64,000 nucleotides of DNA from Candidatus Eiseniibacteriota bacterium (GCA_041946735.1 JBHGAY010000021.1:30505-94504), one strand, 5' to 3'; shown: positions 18,764 to 28,750, counted from the first letter of the stretch. Numbers and translations are program-made. The notes: generated by a model not told the origin, from the letters alone.

Positions 18764-19855
18764 TCAGGCCAGCACGTATTCCGTCGCCTCACGAACGAGG
18801 CCTTCCGGAACTCGCGGCCGGACCGTAACATCGCCGATCCCGGCTGTCAACACGAAGGTCCAGCCCTCCTCCCCGGCCTTCTTGTCCAGATGGAGCCAAG
18901 GTTCGATCCGCTCCCACTCGAGCCCGGACGCTCGGATCGGAAGGCGATGGCGCTCCAGCAGTCGTTCCACGCTCTCGAGGACGGAAGCCCCGCAGAGACC
19001 GAGCATCTGCGAGAGACGGCAGGCGGCGATGAGACCAATCGCCACCGCTTCCCCATGACGGTATGTCTTGAAGCCGGTCGCGGCCTCCAGAGCATGGCCG
19101 ATCGTGTGGCCGAGGTTGAGCTTGCGGCGTTCTCCCTGCTCCCGCTCATCCGCCGTGACGATGCGGGCCTTCACCTGGATCGACCGCTGCAGCAACTTTT
19201 CCAACACCACCGGCTCCCTCCTCCAGATCGGCACATCCCGCGTCTCCAGCAGGTGGTAAAGTTCCCCATCCGCGATCATCGCCGCCTTGACGACCTCGGC
19301 CAGCCCGTTCGCCAGCTCCTCGTCCGGCAACGTGGAGAGCGTCTCCGGAGCCGCGAGCACGAGGACCGGTTGATGAAAGGCGCCGATCAGGTTCTTCGCC
19401 CCGCCGTAGTCGATCCCCACCTTTCCCCCGACGCTCGCGTCCGCCATGGCGAGCAGCGTCGTGGGCACCTGCAGGAAGGAGACACCGCGCATCCACGTCG
19501 CGGCCGCGCAGCCCGCCAGATCGCCGATCACCCCCCCGCCCAGCGCGATCACCAGACCGTCGCGCCGGAGACCCGCGGCGAGGAACGCGTCGTAAAGCTG
19601 GGTCAGGGAGGACATCTGCTTCGTGGACTCGCCGGGAGGCAGCTCGACCACCGAAGGATGGAGCCCCATCCCTTCGAGCAGAGAGAGACCGGCGGGGAGC
19701 CAATGCGCGGCCACGTGGCGATCGGTGACGAGGACGGCGCGCCGCTCGCGAAACGCCTCCAACTCCTCGGGGGGTGCGCTCCGCCAGGATTCGATCGAGT
19801 CGATCAGGACCCTGTAGGGGCGCGCGCCCACCTGCACGAGAATCGAGCGAGGCAT
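18764..19855 (-). CDS. aroB: 3-dehydroquinate synthase
   Basis: GESTK, ALGGGVIGDLAG, PTTLLAMADASVGGKVGI, KNLIGAFHQP, LNLGHTIGHALE, HGEAVAIG. Confidence 0.97.
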   Translation of the reverse strand: MPRSILVQVGARPYRVLIDSIESWRSAPPEELEAFRERRAVLVTDRHVAAHWLPAGLSLLEGMGLHPSVVELPPGESTKQMSSLTQLYDAFLAAGLRRDGLVIALGGGVIGDLAGCAAATWMRGVSFLQVPTTLLAMADASVGGKVGIDYGGAKNLIGAFHQPVLVLAAPETLSTLPDEELANGLAEVVKAAMIADGELYHLLETRDVPIWRREPVVLEKLLQRSIQVKARIVTADEREQGERRKLNLGHTIGHALEAATGFKTYRHGEAVAIGLIAACRLSQMLGLCGASVLESVERLLERHRLPIRASGLEWERIEPWLHLDKKAGEEGWTFVLTAGIGDVTVRPRVPEGLVREATEYVLA

Positions 19856-20042
19856 CGGACTCGCTCAGCGACTCGCGCCCGAGCAGATCCGTGGCACGAC
19901 GCAGCGGCCAATCACGTCCGGCCGATCGCGTAGCAACATGGAGGGACGGTAGCATCGGTCCGGCCGGAGGTCCAGGCGCGGTCGAACCCTCGCTGCCGCG
20001 CTCAGGCGGCGGCAGCGCGGCACGCGGCCGTCGCGAGCGCGA

Positions 20043-21269
20043 TCACTGTCCCTGGAGCTGATGCCGTAGAAGTTCGAGCTGGTGGGTGAGCTGCTCGATC
20101 TGGCCGCGGAGCCTCTTCTCCCGTCCGCCGGCGAGCATCCGCTGCCGCTCTCGCCAGATCACGTGAGCGCGGTCCTCGAGCCGCACGGGCATCGAGATCC
20201 TCTTTCCGTTGCGCTGGAGATCGATCTCGATCGTCTCGCCGGGCCCCCGTGCAGCGACCGCCTGAGTCAGCGCGTTCCAGTCCGTGACGGGCTGGCCGTT
20301 GAGCCCGGTGATGCGATCGCCAGGGAGGATCCCGCAGCGCTGGGCGGGACTTCCCGCGAGCACGCGCGAGACGAGCAGGCCGGAGGATGAAGATGCGGAC
20401 CGAGAGGCGGCGGCCTCCTGTCGCGGGATCTCGACGCTGACGCCCAGGAACCCTTGCCCCTCGTCGCCCGCGTCGATCAGCCCGTCCGCCACCGACTCGA
20501 TCAGATCGACTGGGAGGATCCACCCGGCCTCCGTCGGCCCGGTGCATTCGAGCGGATACTCGATCGACCGGGTGCGATCCTTCGAGTGCAAGAGGATCGT
20601 CTCCCGGCCTTGCCCGAGGAGCATCCCGATCAGGCGTCCTTCCTCGTCGAGCACCCCTCCGCCCGCCAGAGCCGGATCGCCGGCGACCTCCAAGCGCGCC
20701 TTCCAGATATCCCCCTCATGCGTGCCGCCCGAGACCTTCGTCACCGTCAGATGCTCCTCGCCGTCCTCGGGGAGGAATCCGAGGGTCATGACCCAGTTCT
20801 GCTCGAGCAGGCTGCGCGAGTCCCCGCGTTCGGCCGGTCGCGCGGGCAAACCTTGCGCGATCTGCACGAGACTCAGCCCAGAGACGGGATCCTGTCCGAT
20901 GAAACGCGCGGGATGGGGCTGCCCGTCCGGCCCGAAGATACGGATCGTATCGCCGGGCTGCGCGAGATCCGCGACGGTGATGACGTGGCCCGCCTGGTCC
21001 CAGAGCAGTCCGTTGCCTCGAATCCTGCGCACCGCGAGCGCGCGCTCCGAAGCCGCATGAGGGCTCGCGGATTCCGGAATCCAGGGACGGCGGACGTCGA
21101 CCCGCACGATTCCACTCTTCGCTCCCTGCAGGATCGAGTCGAGGCGCTCGCGCAGCGGCCCGGCGGCCGAGGGCAGAGCGTCGGGAAGGGTGAGGACGAG
21201 CAGGAACAGGCAGGCGGCGAGCGGCCGCGAGCGTCCTTTCCTAGAACACAATGTAGACACGACCCTCAC
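20043..21269 (-). CDS. Exported HtrA/DegS-like trypsin-fold + PDZ protein with degenerate catalytic triad
   Basis: Signal peptide; GNGLLWDQAGHVITVADL, GQDPVSGLSLVQI and DPALAGGGVLDEEGRLIGM align with HtrA motifs but lack His/Asp/Ser; PDZ GFLGV...GSPAQRCGILPGDRI; C-terminal coiled coil. Confidence 0.82.
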   Translation of the reverse strand: MRVVSTLCSRKGRSRPLAACLFLLVLTLPDALPSAAGPLRERLDSILQGAKSGIVRVDVRRPWIPESASPHAASERALAVRRIRGNGLLWDQAGHVITVADLAQPGDTIRIFGPDGQPHPARFIGQDPVSGLSLVQIAQGLPARPAERGDSRSLLEQNWVMTLGFLPEDGEEHLTVTKVSGGTHEGDIWKARLEVAGDPALAGGGVLDEEGRLIGMLLGQGRETILLHSKDRTRSIEYPLECTGPTEAGWILPVDLIESVADGLIDAGDEGQGFLGVSVEIPRQEAAASRSASSSSGLLVSRVLAGSPAQRCGILPGDRITGLNGQPVTDWNALTQAVAARGPGETIEIDLQRNGKRISMPVRLEDRAHVIWRERQRMLAGGREKRLRGQIEQLTHQLELLRHQLQGQ

Positions 21270-21948
21270 GATTCTGGCTCCGGTTCGACTCCGGTGCGGG
21301 CGATCCTCCCGTGTTGACCTGTCTGCCGACTCCGCTCAGACCGCGATCCTGTCCCCAGTCCGGCTGCGGCGCAACGACCGTGTCGGATGCGGCGGCATCT
21401 TGCTGGGACTCGGCCCGCCGCAGCATCTCCTGGACGAGATCCTCGAACGGACCGGAGGGAGCGGGCGCGGAAACTGGAGAGGAGGCGAAGCTCGACTGGC
21501 CGCCGGGAGCCGAACCGGATGGAGCGATCTGCTGCTGCGAGACCGCCACCGAAGGGCTTCCCACTCCCGGAGTCGAGGAGCGAAGGAGCAGAACGCTTCC
21601 CCCGATTCCGACGACGAGCCCGAAGCTCAAAGCGGCGACCGCCACGCGCGGCGACCATCCGAGTGTGACGAGTCCGGCTCGCAGTCTCTCCCACAGGCCA
21701 GGCTCCTCGACCGGGACGGGGACCCGCCGGGCCTCTCGAACCCTCTCGAGCACGTCGTGCAGGAACTCGGGCGGAGCCTGCTCCTCGGGAAGCGTTCGGA
21801 CGAGGCCGACGGTCCGCTCGAACTTGCGGAACTCGGCCGCGCAGGTGGCGCACGATTCGAGATGCTCCGACAAGCGATGCTGCTCGCGGTAGTCGAGCTG
21901 GCCATCGAGACGGGGGGAGAAGAGATTCCTGGCGCACTTACAGTTCAT
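21241..21948 (-). CDS. Zinc-finger (zf-HC2/ZAS) transmembrane anti-sigma factor
   Basis: N-terminal Cys and HLESCATC (HxxxCxxC), one TM segment, overlaps the ECF sigma stop. Confidence 0.9.
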   Translation of the reverse strand: MNCKCARNLFSPRLDGQLDYREQHRLSEHLESCATCAAEFRKFERTVGLVRTLPEEQAPPEFLHDVLERVREARRVPVPVEEPGLWERLRAGLVTLGWSPRVAVAALSFGLVVGIGGSVLLLRSSTPGVGSPSVAVSQQQIAPSGSAPGGQSSFASSPVSAPAPSGPFEDLVQEMLRRAESQQDAAASDTVVAPQPDWGQDRGLSGVGRQVNTGGSPAPESNRSQNREGRVYIVF

Positions 21949-22567
21949 CGGCGGTGCCCTCAACGGAAGTGTCCATGAGCTCTTTCAACGCCATGCGAGC
22001 GCGATTGATGCGGGACCGAACCGTCCCTCCAGGGATCTTCAGCACCTCGGCGATCTCCTCATAGGAGAGCTGCTGGATGTCGCGCAAGACGATCACCTCT
22101 CGGAACTTCTTGGGCAGGTTGGCTACAGCCGCGGCGACCTTCGCTTCGACGTCCCGGCGGCGGTAGAGGCGCTCCGGGCCGGGACCAGGATCGGCCACGA
22201 AGGCTCCCGAGTCGCCGGTCGCCTCCAGAAGCTTGTCGAGGGAGACGACTCCCCGGGCTCGGACCCTCCGTCGGATCTCGTTCTTCGCGAGATTCATGGC
22301 GATGGTGTAGAGCCACGTGCTGAACTTCCCGCTCGGCCGGTACCTCTCCCGATGAATGAATACACGAAGGAATGTTTCCTGGGCGATCTCCTGGGCCCGG
22401 TCTCGGTCCCCGATGAATCGACTCACCAGATTGATGATCCGGTTCTGGTACCTCTGCACAAGGGCCGCGAACGCCGCTTCCGAACCCCGGACGATCTCCT
22501 CCATCAATTCTTCATCGGGGAGACCAGAGGGATCGGTAACGGGTTGGCGGTCATCGCCAGATGCCAT
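21938..22567 (-). CDS. ECF RNA polymerase sigma factor (RpoE/SigW-like)
   Basis: AFAALVQRYQ, AQEIAQETFLRVF, KFSTWLYTIAMN, LSYEEIAEVLKIPGGTVRSRINRAR. Confidence 0.96.
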   Translation of the reverse strand: MASGDDRQPVTDPSGLPDEELMEEIVRGSEAAFAALVQRYQNRIINLVSRFIGDRDRAQEIAQETFLRVFIHRERYRPSGKFSTWLYTIAMNLAKNEIRRRVRARGVVSLDKLLEATGDSGAFVADPGPGPERLYRRRDVEAKVAAAVANLPKKFREVIVLRDIQQLSYEEIAEVLKIPGGTVRSRINRARMALKELMDTSVEGTADEL

Positions 22568-22602
22568 TCCTTCTCCCGTTCTCGGGGACACTACCCCGGG
22601 CC

Positions 22603-24279
22603 CTATCGAGGGTTCCCCCCGCCGGACCGCCTATCCTCCCAGACTTGCAGGAGTTCCCTCGCCCTCCGGTCGTCCGGCTGGTCCCGGAGCAGGTCCCGCA
22701 GGATCTGGCGCCCCTCCTCGGCCCGGTCGCCCGCATGCAGTGCCCGGGCGAGGTGGATGCGGATCTCCGCCTCCCGGGGGTCCAGTTGGCTGGCCCGCTG
22801 CAGTTGCTCGATCGCCTCGCCGATCCTGCCGAGGCGGAAGAGCGCCCAGCCGTAGCTGTCCAGGTAGGCGGCGTTGCCGGGATCGAGCGAGACCGCCTGC
22901 CGTGTCCACTCCAGCGCCTGGTCCAGCCGGATCCCCTGATCCGCGCACAGGTAGCCGGCATAGTTGAGCACGCTCGCGTCTCCCGGGTGACTCTCGAGCA
23001 ATCGGGCGAACCAGGTGACGGCGTCCTCGTAGCGACCCGCGGTCTCGTCGATGCGACCCAGCTCGAAGAGGACCTCGCGGTCATCGGGGTGCATCCGGAG
23101 GATCTGCTCGAGATGCTTGCGCGCCTCCTCCGGCCTCCCGAGGTCGAGGAGAATGCCGGCCGAGAGCAGTCGCGCTTCCCGGTCGTCAGGATTGCGAGCA
23201 TGGACCTGCTCGAGCGACTGCAACGCCTCTTCCGGGCGGTCGAGCTGTGCGAGGGTGGCGGCGCGATAGCGGAGCGGGGCGTCGTCCTTCGGGTTCTCGC
23301 GCGCCAGCTCGTCGGCCACCGAGAGAGCCGCCTGCAAGCTGTCCGCGCGCAGATACGCGCGCCACAACCACTCCCCGGAGTCGGCGAGATGGGGATCGAG
23401 AGCGCGGGCCTGACGGAAGCAGGAGATCGCCTCGGGGATCCGCTCCTGCGAGAAATGAATGACGCCGAGCTGCATCGGGATCGAAGCGTCGTCGGGCACT
23501 TCCTGGCGAAGTCGCTCGAGGAGCGGCTGCGCCTCCGCCTGCCGGCCGATCGAGACGAGGATACGCGCCAGCTCTCGGCGTATCTGCGTCGAGGATGGAT
23601 CGGCAGCGAGCACACGCTCGAGGGCGCCGGCGGTGGAGGGAGAAGGGCCGAGCTTCCATGCGAGGGCGAGGATCGGATCGATGGCGCCGGGCAATCCCGG
23701 AGCTGCCTCCTCCGCGCGGACCAGGTCTTCGAGCGCTTCGTCGAACTGGCCGAGCCGGGCGCGCAGAATCCCCCGGCGAAGGAGAAGGGGCGGCACGTCC
23801 GGGTCGACGCCGCCCTTCTCCGGAAGGAGGAGGTCGAGCGCCTCCTCCGTCTTGCCGGCGATCTCCAGAGCGAGCAGGAGGGAGTTCAGGTAGCGCCGGT
23901 CGTCCGGCTCCCGGCCGCGCGCCTCCCGGAGCGCCTCGATTCCCTCTTCACGGCGGCCGGACCGGCTCAAAGCCTCGCCGAGGAGCCAGAGCGCTTCGGT
24001 GTCCTCTGGGGAGAGAGAACGCGCGCGGGAAGCGACGGAGACCGCTTCGCTGGCGCGACCAGCCTGGAGCAAGACCCGCGCCAGCTCTCGCTGGATGTCG
24101 CCAGCGGCGCTATCGAGAGCGGCTGCCGCTCGCAGCTCGTCGATGGCGGAGGGCAGATCTCCCTGCTCGGCGTGGGCCATCCCTTGCACGTAATGCTCCA
24201 GTGCCTCTCCGGAATCCGCTGCTCGGCCCGGCATCGCGAAAAGCGCTACGAGAAGAAACGGGGCGAACCAACGCGGCAA
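22603..24279 (-). CDS. Exported tetratricopeptide-repeat protein
   Basis: Signal peptide followed by many TPRs; C-terminal LNYAGYLCAD...AYLDSYGWALFRLG signature. Confidence 0.9.
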   Translation of the reverse strand: MPRWFAPFLLVALFAMPGRAADSGEALEHYVQGMAHAEQGDLPSAIDELRAAAALDSAAGDIQRELARVLLQAGRASEAVSVASRARSLSPEDTEALWLLGEALSRSGRREEGIEALREARGREPDDRRYLNSLLLALEIAGKTEEALDLLLPEKGGVDPDVPPLLLRRGILRARLGQFDEALEDLVRAEEAAPGLPGAIDPILALAWKLGPSPSTAGALERVLAADPSSTQIRRELARILVSIGRQAEAQPLLERLRQEVPDDASIPMQLGVIHFSQERIPEAISCFRQARALDPHLADSGEWLWRAYLRADSLQAALSVADELARENPKDDAPLRYRAATLAQLDRPEEALQSLEQVHARNPDDREARLLSAGILLDLGRPEEARKHLEQILRMHPDDREVLFELGRIDETAGRYEDAVTWFARLLESHPGDASVLNYAGYLCADQGIRLDQALEWTRQAVSLDPGNAAYLDSYGWALFRLGRIGEAIEQLQRASQLDPREAEIRIHLARALHAGDRAEEGRQILRDLLRDQPDDRRARELLQVWEDRRSGGGNPR

Positions 24280-24337
24280 GGGAACTCCTTTCTCCCTGAA
24301 GTGTCGATGCTAACACATGGAAAAGACATAGGTACCT

Positions 24338-24367
24338 TTGACACGGAATTCCGCGGCTACCTATACT
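24338..24367 (+). promoter_or_regulatory. Near-consensus sigma70 promoter
   Basis: TTGACA-N18-TATACT, 36 nt before the ATG at 24404, which has an AAGGAG SD. Confidence 0.8.
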
Positions 24368-24403
24368 GCGGATAGCGAACACCCGAAAGGAGCGGATCGT
24401 CCC

Positions 24404-24901
24404 ATGAACCGGCTTCCCGCCATCGCCTGGATCTTGGTCGCCGCGCTCGTGAGCGGCGCCGGTTGCTACACGGTTCTCCGCCATCCCGCCGCCGTCGACA
24501 TGACGCAGGCGGAAACCGGCGAGCCGCTCTCCTGCGCCGACTGCCACGCCGATGCCAACCTCTACCATCCCTACGCGTACGATCTCGGCTGGTACGGCTA
24601 CTACCCGCCCGCCTGGGCGAGCTACTACGCGACCCCGTGGTGGTACGACAGCTATTGGTACTACCCGCATGATGGGGGTTCGGACATTCCGCCCGCGGTG
24701 AGCGGCGGCCGCACGATCTGGAGCCGCGAAGGGGCGGGTGGCAGCAACGCTCCGCTGCCGACCCAGGGAAGCGGCGTGTCCAATCCGACGAAGGACAGGC
24801 CGAACGATCCCAACGACAAACCCGGCCGCGACGACGGCTCCAAGGACGACGACAAGAAAGACAAGGAGAAGAAGGACGAGCGCCGCCCCTGGAGGCGCTG
24901 A
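24404..24901 (+). CDS. Lipoprotein with CxxCH motif, Tyr/Trp-rich segment and charged disordered tail
   Basis: Lipobox-like SGAG-C, CADCH, YAYDLGWYGYYPPAWASYYATPWWYDSYWYY; own promoter and SD. Confidence 0.8.
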   Translation: MNRLPAIAWILVAALVSGAGCYTVLRHPAAVDMTQAETGEPLSCADCHADANLYHPYAYDLGWYGYYPPAWASYYATPWWYDSYWYYPHDGGSDIPPAVSGGRTIWSREGAGGSNAPLPTQGSGVSNPTKDRPNDPNDKPGRDDGSKDDDKKDKEKKDERRPWRR

Positions 24902-24926
24902 CCCGCAAACCGGCAAGGAGGAACCC

Positions 24927-26225
24927 GTGCTCCGACGGATCCGCCGCCCCTTCTCGTCGAAGAGGATGGGGCTCGTCCTCATCGCAGCCTCGCTCACTTC
25001 GGTTCTGTCCACTGCTCCGGCTCCCGCTCAGGAGCCGGTTCCCCTACCGGAGATCCCGTTGACCTTCCGCTCTCCGATCGCCGCGCGCTACGCCGGCATG
25101 GGAGGGGTCTCGATCGCGGTGGCCGACGATCAGGCGGCTGGCCTCTCGAACCCCGCGGGGCTCGGTCTCGTGCGCCAGATCGAGTTCGCGGTCGGCTTCT
25201 CCAGGCAGGATGGCGAGCGCACGATCCGCTATCTGGGCGAAGAGCAAACGGTCGACTTCGGCAAGACGCGCCTCTCGAACGTGGGCTTCGCCTATCCCTT
25301 CCAGACCTATCGCGGCAGCCTCGTCGTCGGGTTGAGCTACGGTCGGGTCGGCAACCTCGACTCCGACTTCCTGAAGGCCGGATCGGGAGGGGCGGTCCTG
25401 AGCGAGGAGGAAGGGATCTTCGAGGAGGGAGGGATGGGCGCGTACGCCGCCACGGTGGCGTTCGAGGCGGCCCGCGGCCTCCTGCTCGGTGCGACCGGAA
25501 CGATCCTCAGCGGATCGAGCTACCGTGACCGCACTTTCCGGTACGCCGCCGACGACGGCTTCCGCACGAACCGGCACGAGATCACCGACAGCGACTTCGA
25601 CGCGGTGACCGGGAGCATCGGAGCGCTCATGACCTTCTCGCGCGGGATGCGCCTTGGACTCGTGCTCCACCTCCCGGAGAATCTCGATTTCACCGGGACG
25701 GCCGACGACGTGATCGACGGGGAACCCGACCAGTTCGATTTCACCGACGAGATCGACCTTCCCTACCGCCTCGGCGCGGGGCTCGCCCTCGCGCGGCAGA
25801 ACGTCGTCGTCTCCGCCGAGGCGACGTACGTCGACTGGACGCAGATCGACTTCGCGGGCCCGGTCCGCACCCGCGACCGTGAGTATGCCTATCGAGAGAC
25901 GCTCGACCTGCGCATCGGCGCGGAGGTCCTCCTTCCGATCCAGTTCCCGCTGCGCCTGCGCGCCGGCTATGCGTATCTTCCCCTTCCCTATCAGCTCGTC
26001 CTGACCGACGTGGTGAATCAGTCCTACGAAAAGGCCCGCTTCGATCCCGACCGGCACTACTTGACGGCGGGAGCCGGGATGCTGCTCGGCGATCTCGTGA
26101 CGCTCGACCTCGCCTACATGCACGGCGGATTCACGCGGGCCGACAAGACCCGCGCGCCGGAGCTGTTCCGCGAGGAGGAGAGCGACAACCGCATTCTCGG
26201 AACGCTTTCCCTCCGCCTGCACTAG
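24927..26225 (+). CDS. OmpP1/FadL/TodX-family outer-membrane beta-barrel
   Basis: Signal peptide, ARYAGMGGVSIAVADD...NPAGL hatch motif, amphipathic strands, LRAGYAY; GTG start after AAGGAG. Confidence 0.85.
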   Translation: MLRRIRRPFSSKRMGLVLIAASLTSVLSTAPAPAQEPVPLPEIPLTFRSPIAARYAGMGGVSIAVADDQAAGLSNPAGLGLVRQIEFAVGFSRQDGERTIRYLGEEQTVDFGKTRLSNVGFAYPFQTYRGSLVVGLSYGRVGNLDSDFLKAGSGGAVLSEEEGIFEEGGMGAYAATVAFEAARGLLLGATGTILSGSSYRDRTFRYAADDGFRTNRHEITDSDFDAVTGSIGALMTFSRGMRLGLVLHLPENLDFTGTADDVIDGEPDQFDFTDEIDLPYRLGAGLALARQNVVVSAEATYVDWTQIDFAGPVRTRDREYAYRETLDLRIGAEVLLPIQFPLRLRAGYAYLPLPYQLVLTDVVNQSYEKARFDPDRHYLTAGAGMLLGDLVTLDLAYMHGGFTRADKTRAPELFREEESDNRILGTLSLRLH

Positions 26226-26346
26226 CGAGCCGCGCGCTGGGCGGGGATGGCTGGCGGGCCCGCCGCCAGCGTAGCGCGGAAGCGCAGGAGCGGCGGACCG
26301 CAGGGGCGACGCGCCGGAGAAGCTGCGGGAGCGGGGAGCGGCGCGC

Positions 26347-27180
26347 TCAGGCCTTTGCGGAGTCTTCCCCTTCGGGACTCGCCGGGGAGGGACCGAGCTG
26401 CAGAAGATCCGAGAGGGGAATGCGGCTCTCCTCGGCGTGAAGATGACCGAGCGCGTCTCCGGCGGCGTTCTGCTCCGCCTCCTTCTTGTTCCGGCCCTGC
26501 CCCCTCCCAAGCAGCGATCCGCGCACCGAGACCTCTATCGTAAAGAGCTTCTGGTGGTCCGGGCCAACCTCCGTGACCACGCGGTAGCGGGGATGGGTCT
26601 TGTGGCGCGCCTGGACGTACTCCTGCAAGAGGCTCTTGAAATTGAGCCGGGCGCGGTCGTGCAGGATCGCCTCGGCGGTCGAGAGCAGACGCTCCTCGAT
26701 GAACTGCCGGACGACCGCGATTCCACGGTCGAGGTAGATCGCTCCGATCACCGCTTCGAACGCGTCGGCCAGGATGGAGGCGCGCTCGCGCCCGCCCGAA
26801 TCCCGCTCGCTGTCGGAGAGGAGGATGAAGTCGCCGAGGCCCAGCGCTTCGGCCCGGTCGGCGAGGACCGCCTTGCTGACAAGGAGCGACTTCTTCTTCG
26901 TCAGGTCCCCTTCGCGATCGAGGGGGAACACCCGGTAGAGGTACTCGATCACGACGAGCTCGAGCACCGCGTCACCGAGGAATTCGAGCCGTTCGTTGGA
27001 GCGGACGGGATCGCCACCGTTGCTGCCGAGGAACGACCGATGGGTCAGCGCCTGCTGCAGCGTGGCGCGATCGCGGAACCGGACGCCCGTCTTCCGCTCG
27101 AAGGAAGCGATCGCTTCCTCTACGGCCTTCGGTCTCTGGACGCCCCTCGAGGATCGTCGCCCGAGCCAGGGAAAGAGCAT
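26347..27180 (-). CDS. rnc: Ribonuclease III
   Basis: ALTHRS, NERLEFLGDAVL, ADAFEAVIGAIYLD, dsRBD KKEAEQNAA. Confidence 0.98.
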   Translation of the reverse strand: MLFPWLGRRSSRGVQRPKAVEEAIASFERKTGVRFRDRATLQQALTHRSFLGSNGGDPVRSNERLEFLGDAVLELVVIEYLYRVFPLDREGDLTKKKSLLVSKAVLADRAEALGLGDFILLSDSERDSGGRERASILADAFEAVIGAIYLDRGIAVVRQFIEERLLSTAEAILHDRARLNFKSLLQEYVQARHKTHPRYRVVTEVGPDHQKLFTIEVSVRGSLLGRGQGRNKKEAEQNAAGDALGHLHAEESRIPLSDLLQLGPSPASPEGEDSAKA

Positions 27181-27208
27181 AGATCCAGGCCGGTCCGCGA
27201 ACTGCCGG

Positions 27209-28453
27209 CTAACCCTCCTCGTACCTCCGGAAGGCGAGGCTCACGTTGTGCCCCCCGAATCCCAGGGAGTTGGAGAGCGCCACATGAAGTGGCTTCTTTC
27301 GCGCCTGATTGGGGACGTAGTCGAGGTCGCACTCCGGGTCGGGGTTCTCGTAGTTGATGGTCGGCGGAATGATTCCTGTGTCCAGGGCCAACACGCTGGC
27401 AATCGCCTCCACAGCGCCCGCCGCCCCGAGCAGGTGCCCTGTCATCGACTTCGTGGAGCTGACGGCGAGCTTCGAAGCATCCGCTCCGAAGACCGCGCGG
27501 ATCGCCATCGTCTCGTACTTGTCGTTCAGCGGCGTGGACGTTCCATGGGCGTTGATGTAGTCGACCTCGCCGGGGCTCAGTCCGGCGGACTCCAGCGCGA
27601 GCTGCATGGCTCTCGCCGCCCCCTCGCCACCGGGAGCCGGCTGGGTAATGTGATACGCGTCGGCGGTCGAGCCGTAGCCGACCATCTCCGCGAGGATCTT
27701 CGCACCCCGCGCGCGGGCGTGCTCGATGGTCTCGAGAACGAGAATGCCCGCTCCCTCCGCCATGACGAACCCGTCCCGGTCTCGGTCGAACGGGCGGCTT
27801 GCGAGCTCCGGAGCGTCATTGCGTGTGGAGAGCGCCTTCATGTTGGAGAAGCCGGCGAGCGCCAGCGGAGTGATCGGAGCTTCGCTGCCGCCGGTCAGCA
27901 TGACGTCCACCTCGCCGATCCTGAGGAGGCGGTACGCCTCGCCGATCGCGTGCGCCCCCGAGGCGCAGGCGGAGACGGTGGCGTAGTTCGACGCCTTCGC
28001 TCCGTACTGCATCGAGATCTGACCGGAGGCCATGTCGATGATCATCATCGGGACGAAGAACGGACTGACGCGAGAAGGGCCGCGCTGGAGAAGCGTGGAG
28101 TACTGAGCTTCCAGCGTCGCGATCCCTCCGATGCCCGAGCCGACGAGAGCCCCGAAGCGCTGCGGATCGAGCGAGTCGAGGACGAGCCCGGACTGGTCGA
28201 ACGCCTGCCTGGCAGCGCCCAGCGCGTATTGGACGAAGGGATCGGTCCTCTTGATCTCCTTCGCCTCCATGTAGTCGGCCGGCTGGAAGTCGCGCACCTG
28301 GCCGGCAAAGCGGACGTCGTGGCCGGAGGTGTCGAAGCGCGTGATCGGTCCGATCCCGCCCCGGCCTTCCAGAAGCGAGTTCCAGAAGGTGGCGACCGAA
28401 GACCCGACGGGGGACACGACCCCCATTCCGGTGATCACGACTCGATGTGGCAT
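27209..28453 (-). CDS. fabF: Beta-ketoacyl-ACP synthase II
   Basis: [48 protein letters not shown]. Confidence 0.98.
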   Translation of the reverse strand: MPHRVVITGMGVVSPVGSSVATFWNSLLEGRGGIGPITRFDTSGHDVRFAGQVRDFQPADYMEAKEIKRTDPFVQYALGAARQAFDQSGLVLDSLDPQRFGALVGSGIGGIATLEAQYSTLLQRGPSRVSPFFVPMMIIDMASGQISMQYGAKASNYATVSACASGAHAIGEAYRLLRIGEVDVMLTGGSEAPITPLALAGFSNMKALSTRNDAPELASRPFDRDRDGFVMAEGAGILVLETIEHARARGAKILAEMVGYGSTADAYHITQPAPGGEGAARAMQLALESAGLSPGEVDYINAHGTSTPLNDKYETMAIRAVFGADASKLAVSSTKSMTGHLLGAAGAVEAIASVLALDTGIIPPTINYENPDPECDLDYVPNQARKKPLHVALSNSLGFGGHNVSLAFRRYEEG

Positions 28454-28473
28454 CGAAAACAGCCTCCCTGGGC

Positions 28474-28719
28474 TCAGCTCTTGGCCTCGAGATGCTCCTT
28501 CAGGTACTGGATCGCATCCTTCACGCGCTCCATCTTCTCGGCCGCCTCGTCCGGGATCTCGATCTCGAACGCCTCCTCGAGCGCCATCACCAGCTCGACC
28601 GTATCGAGAGAGTCCGCGCCGAGGTCGTCGATGAACGAGGCTTCGGGCGTCACCTTCTCCGGGGCGACGCCGAGCTGCTCGACGATGATGTCCCGGATCT
28701 TCTGTTCGTAGTTCTCCAT
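28474..28719 (-). CDS. acpP: Acyl carrier protein
   Basis: [20 protein letters not shown]. Confidence 0.99.
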   Translation of the reverse strand: MENYEQKIRDIIVEQLGVAPEKVTPEASFIDDLGADSLDTVELVMALEEAFEIEIPDEAAEKMERVKDAIQYLKEHLEAKS

Positions 28720-28750
28720 CGCTTCTTCCTCCCGGGGCAGCCCTGCCCCA

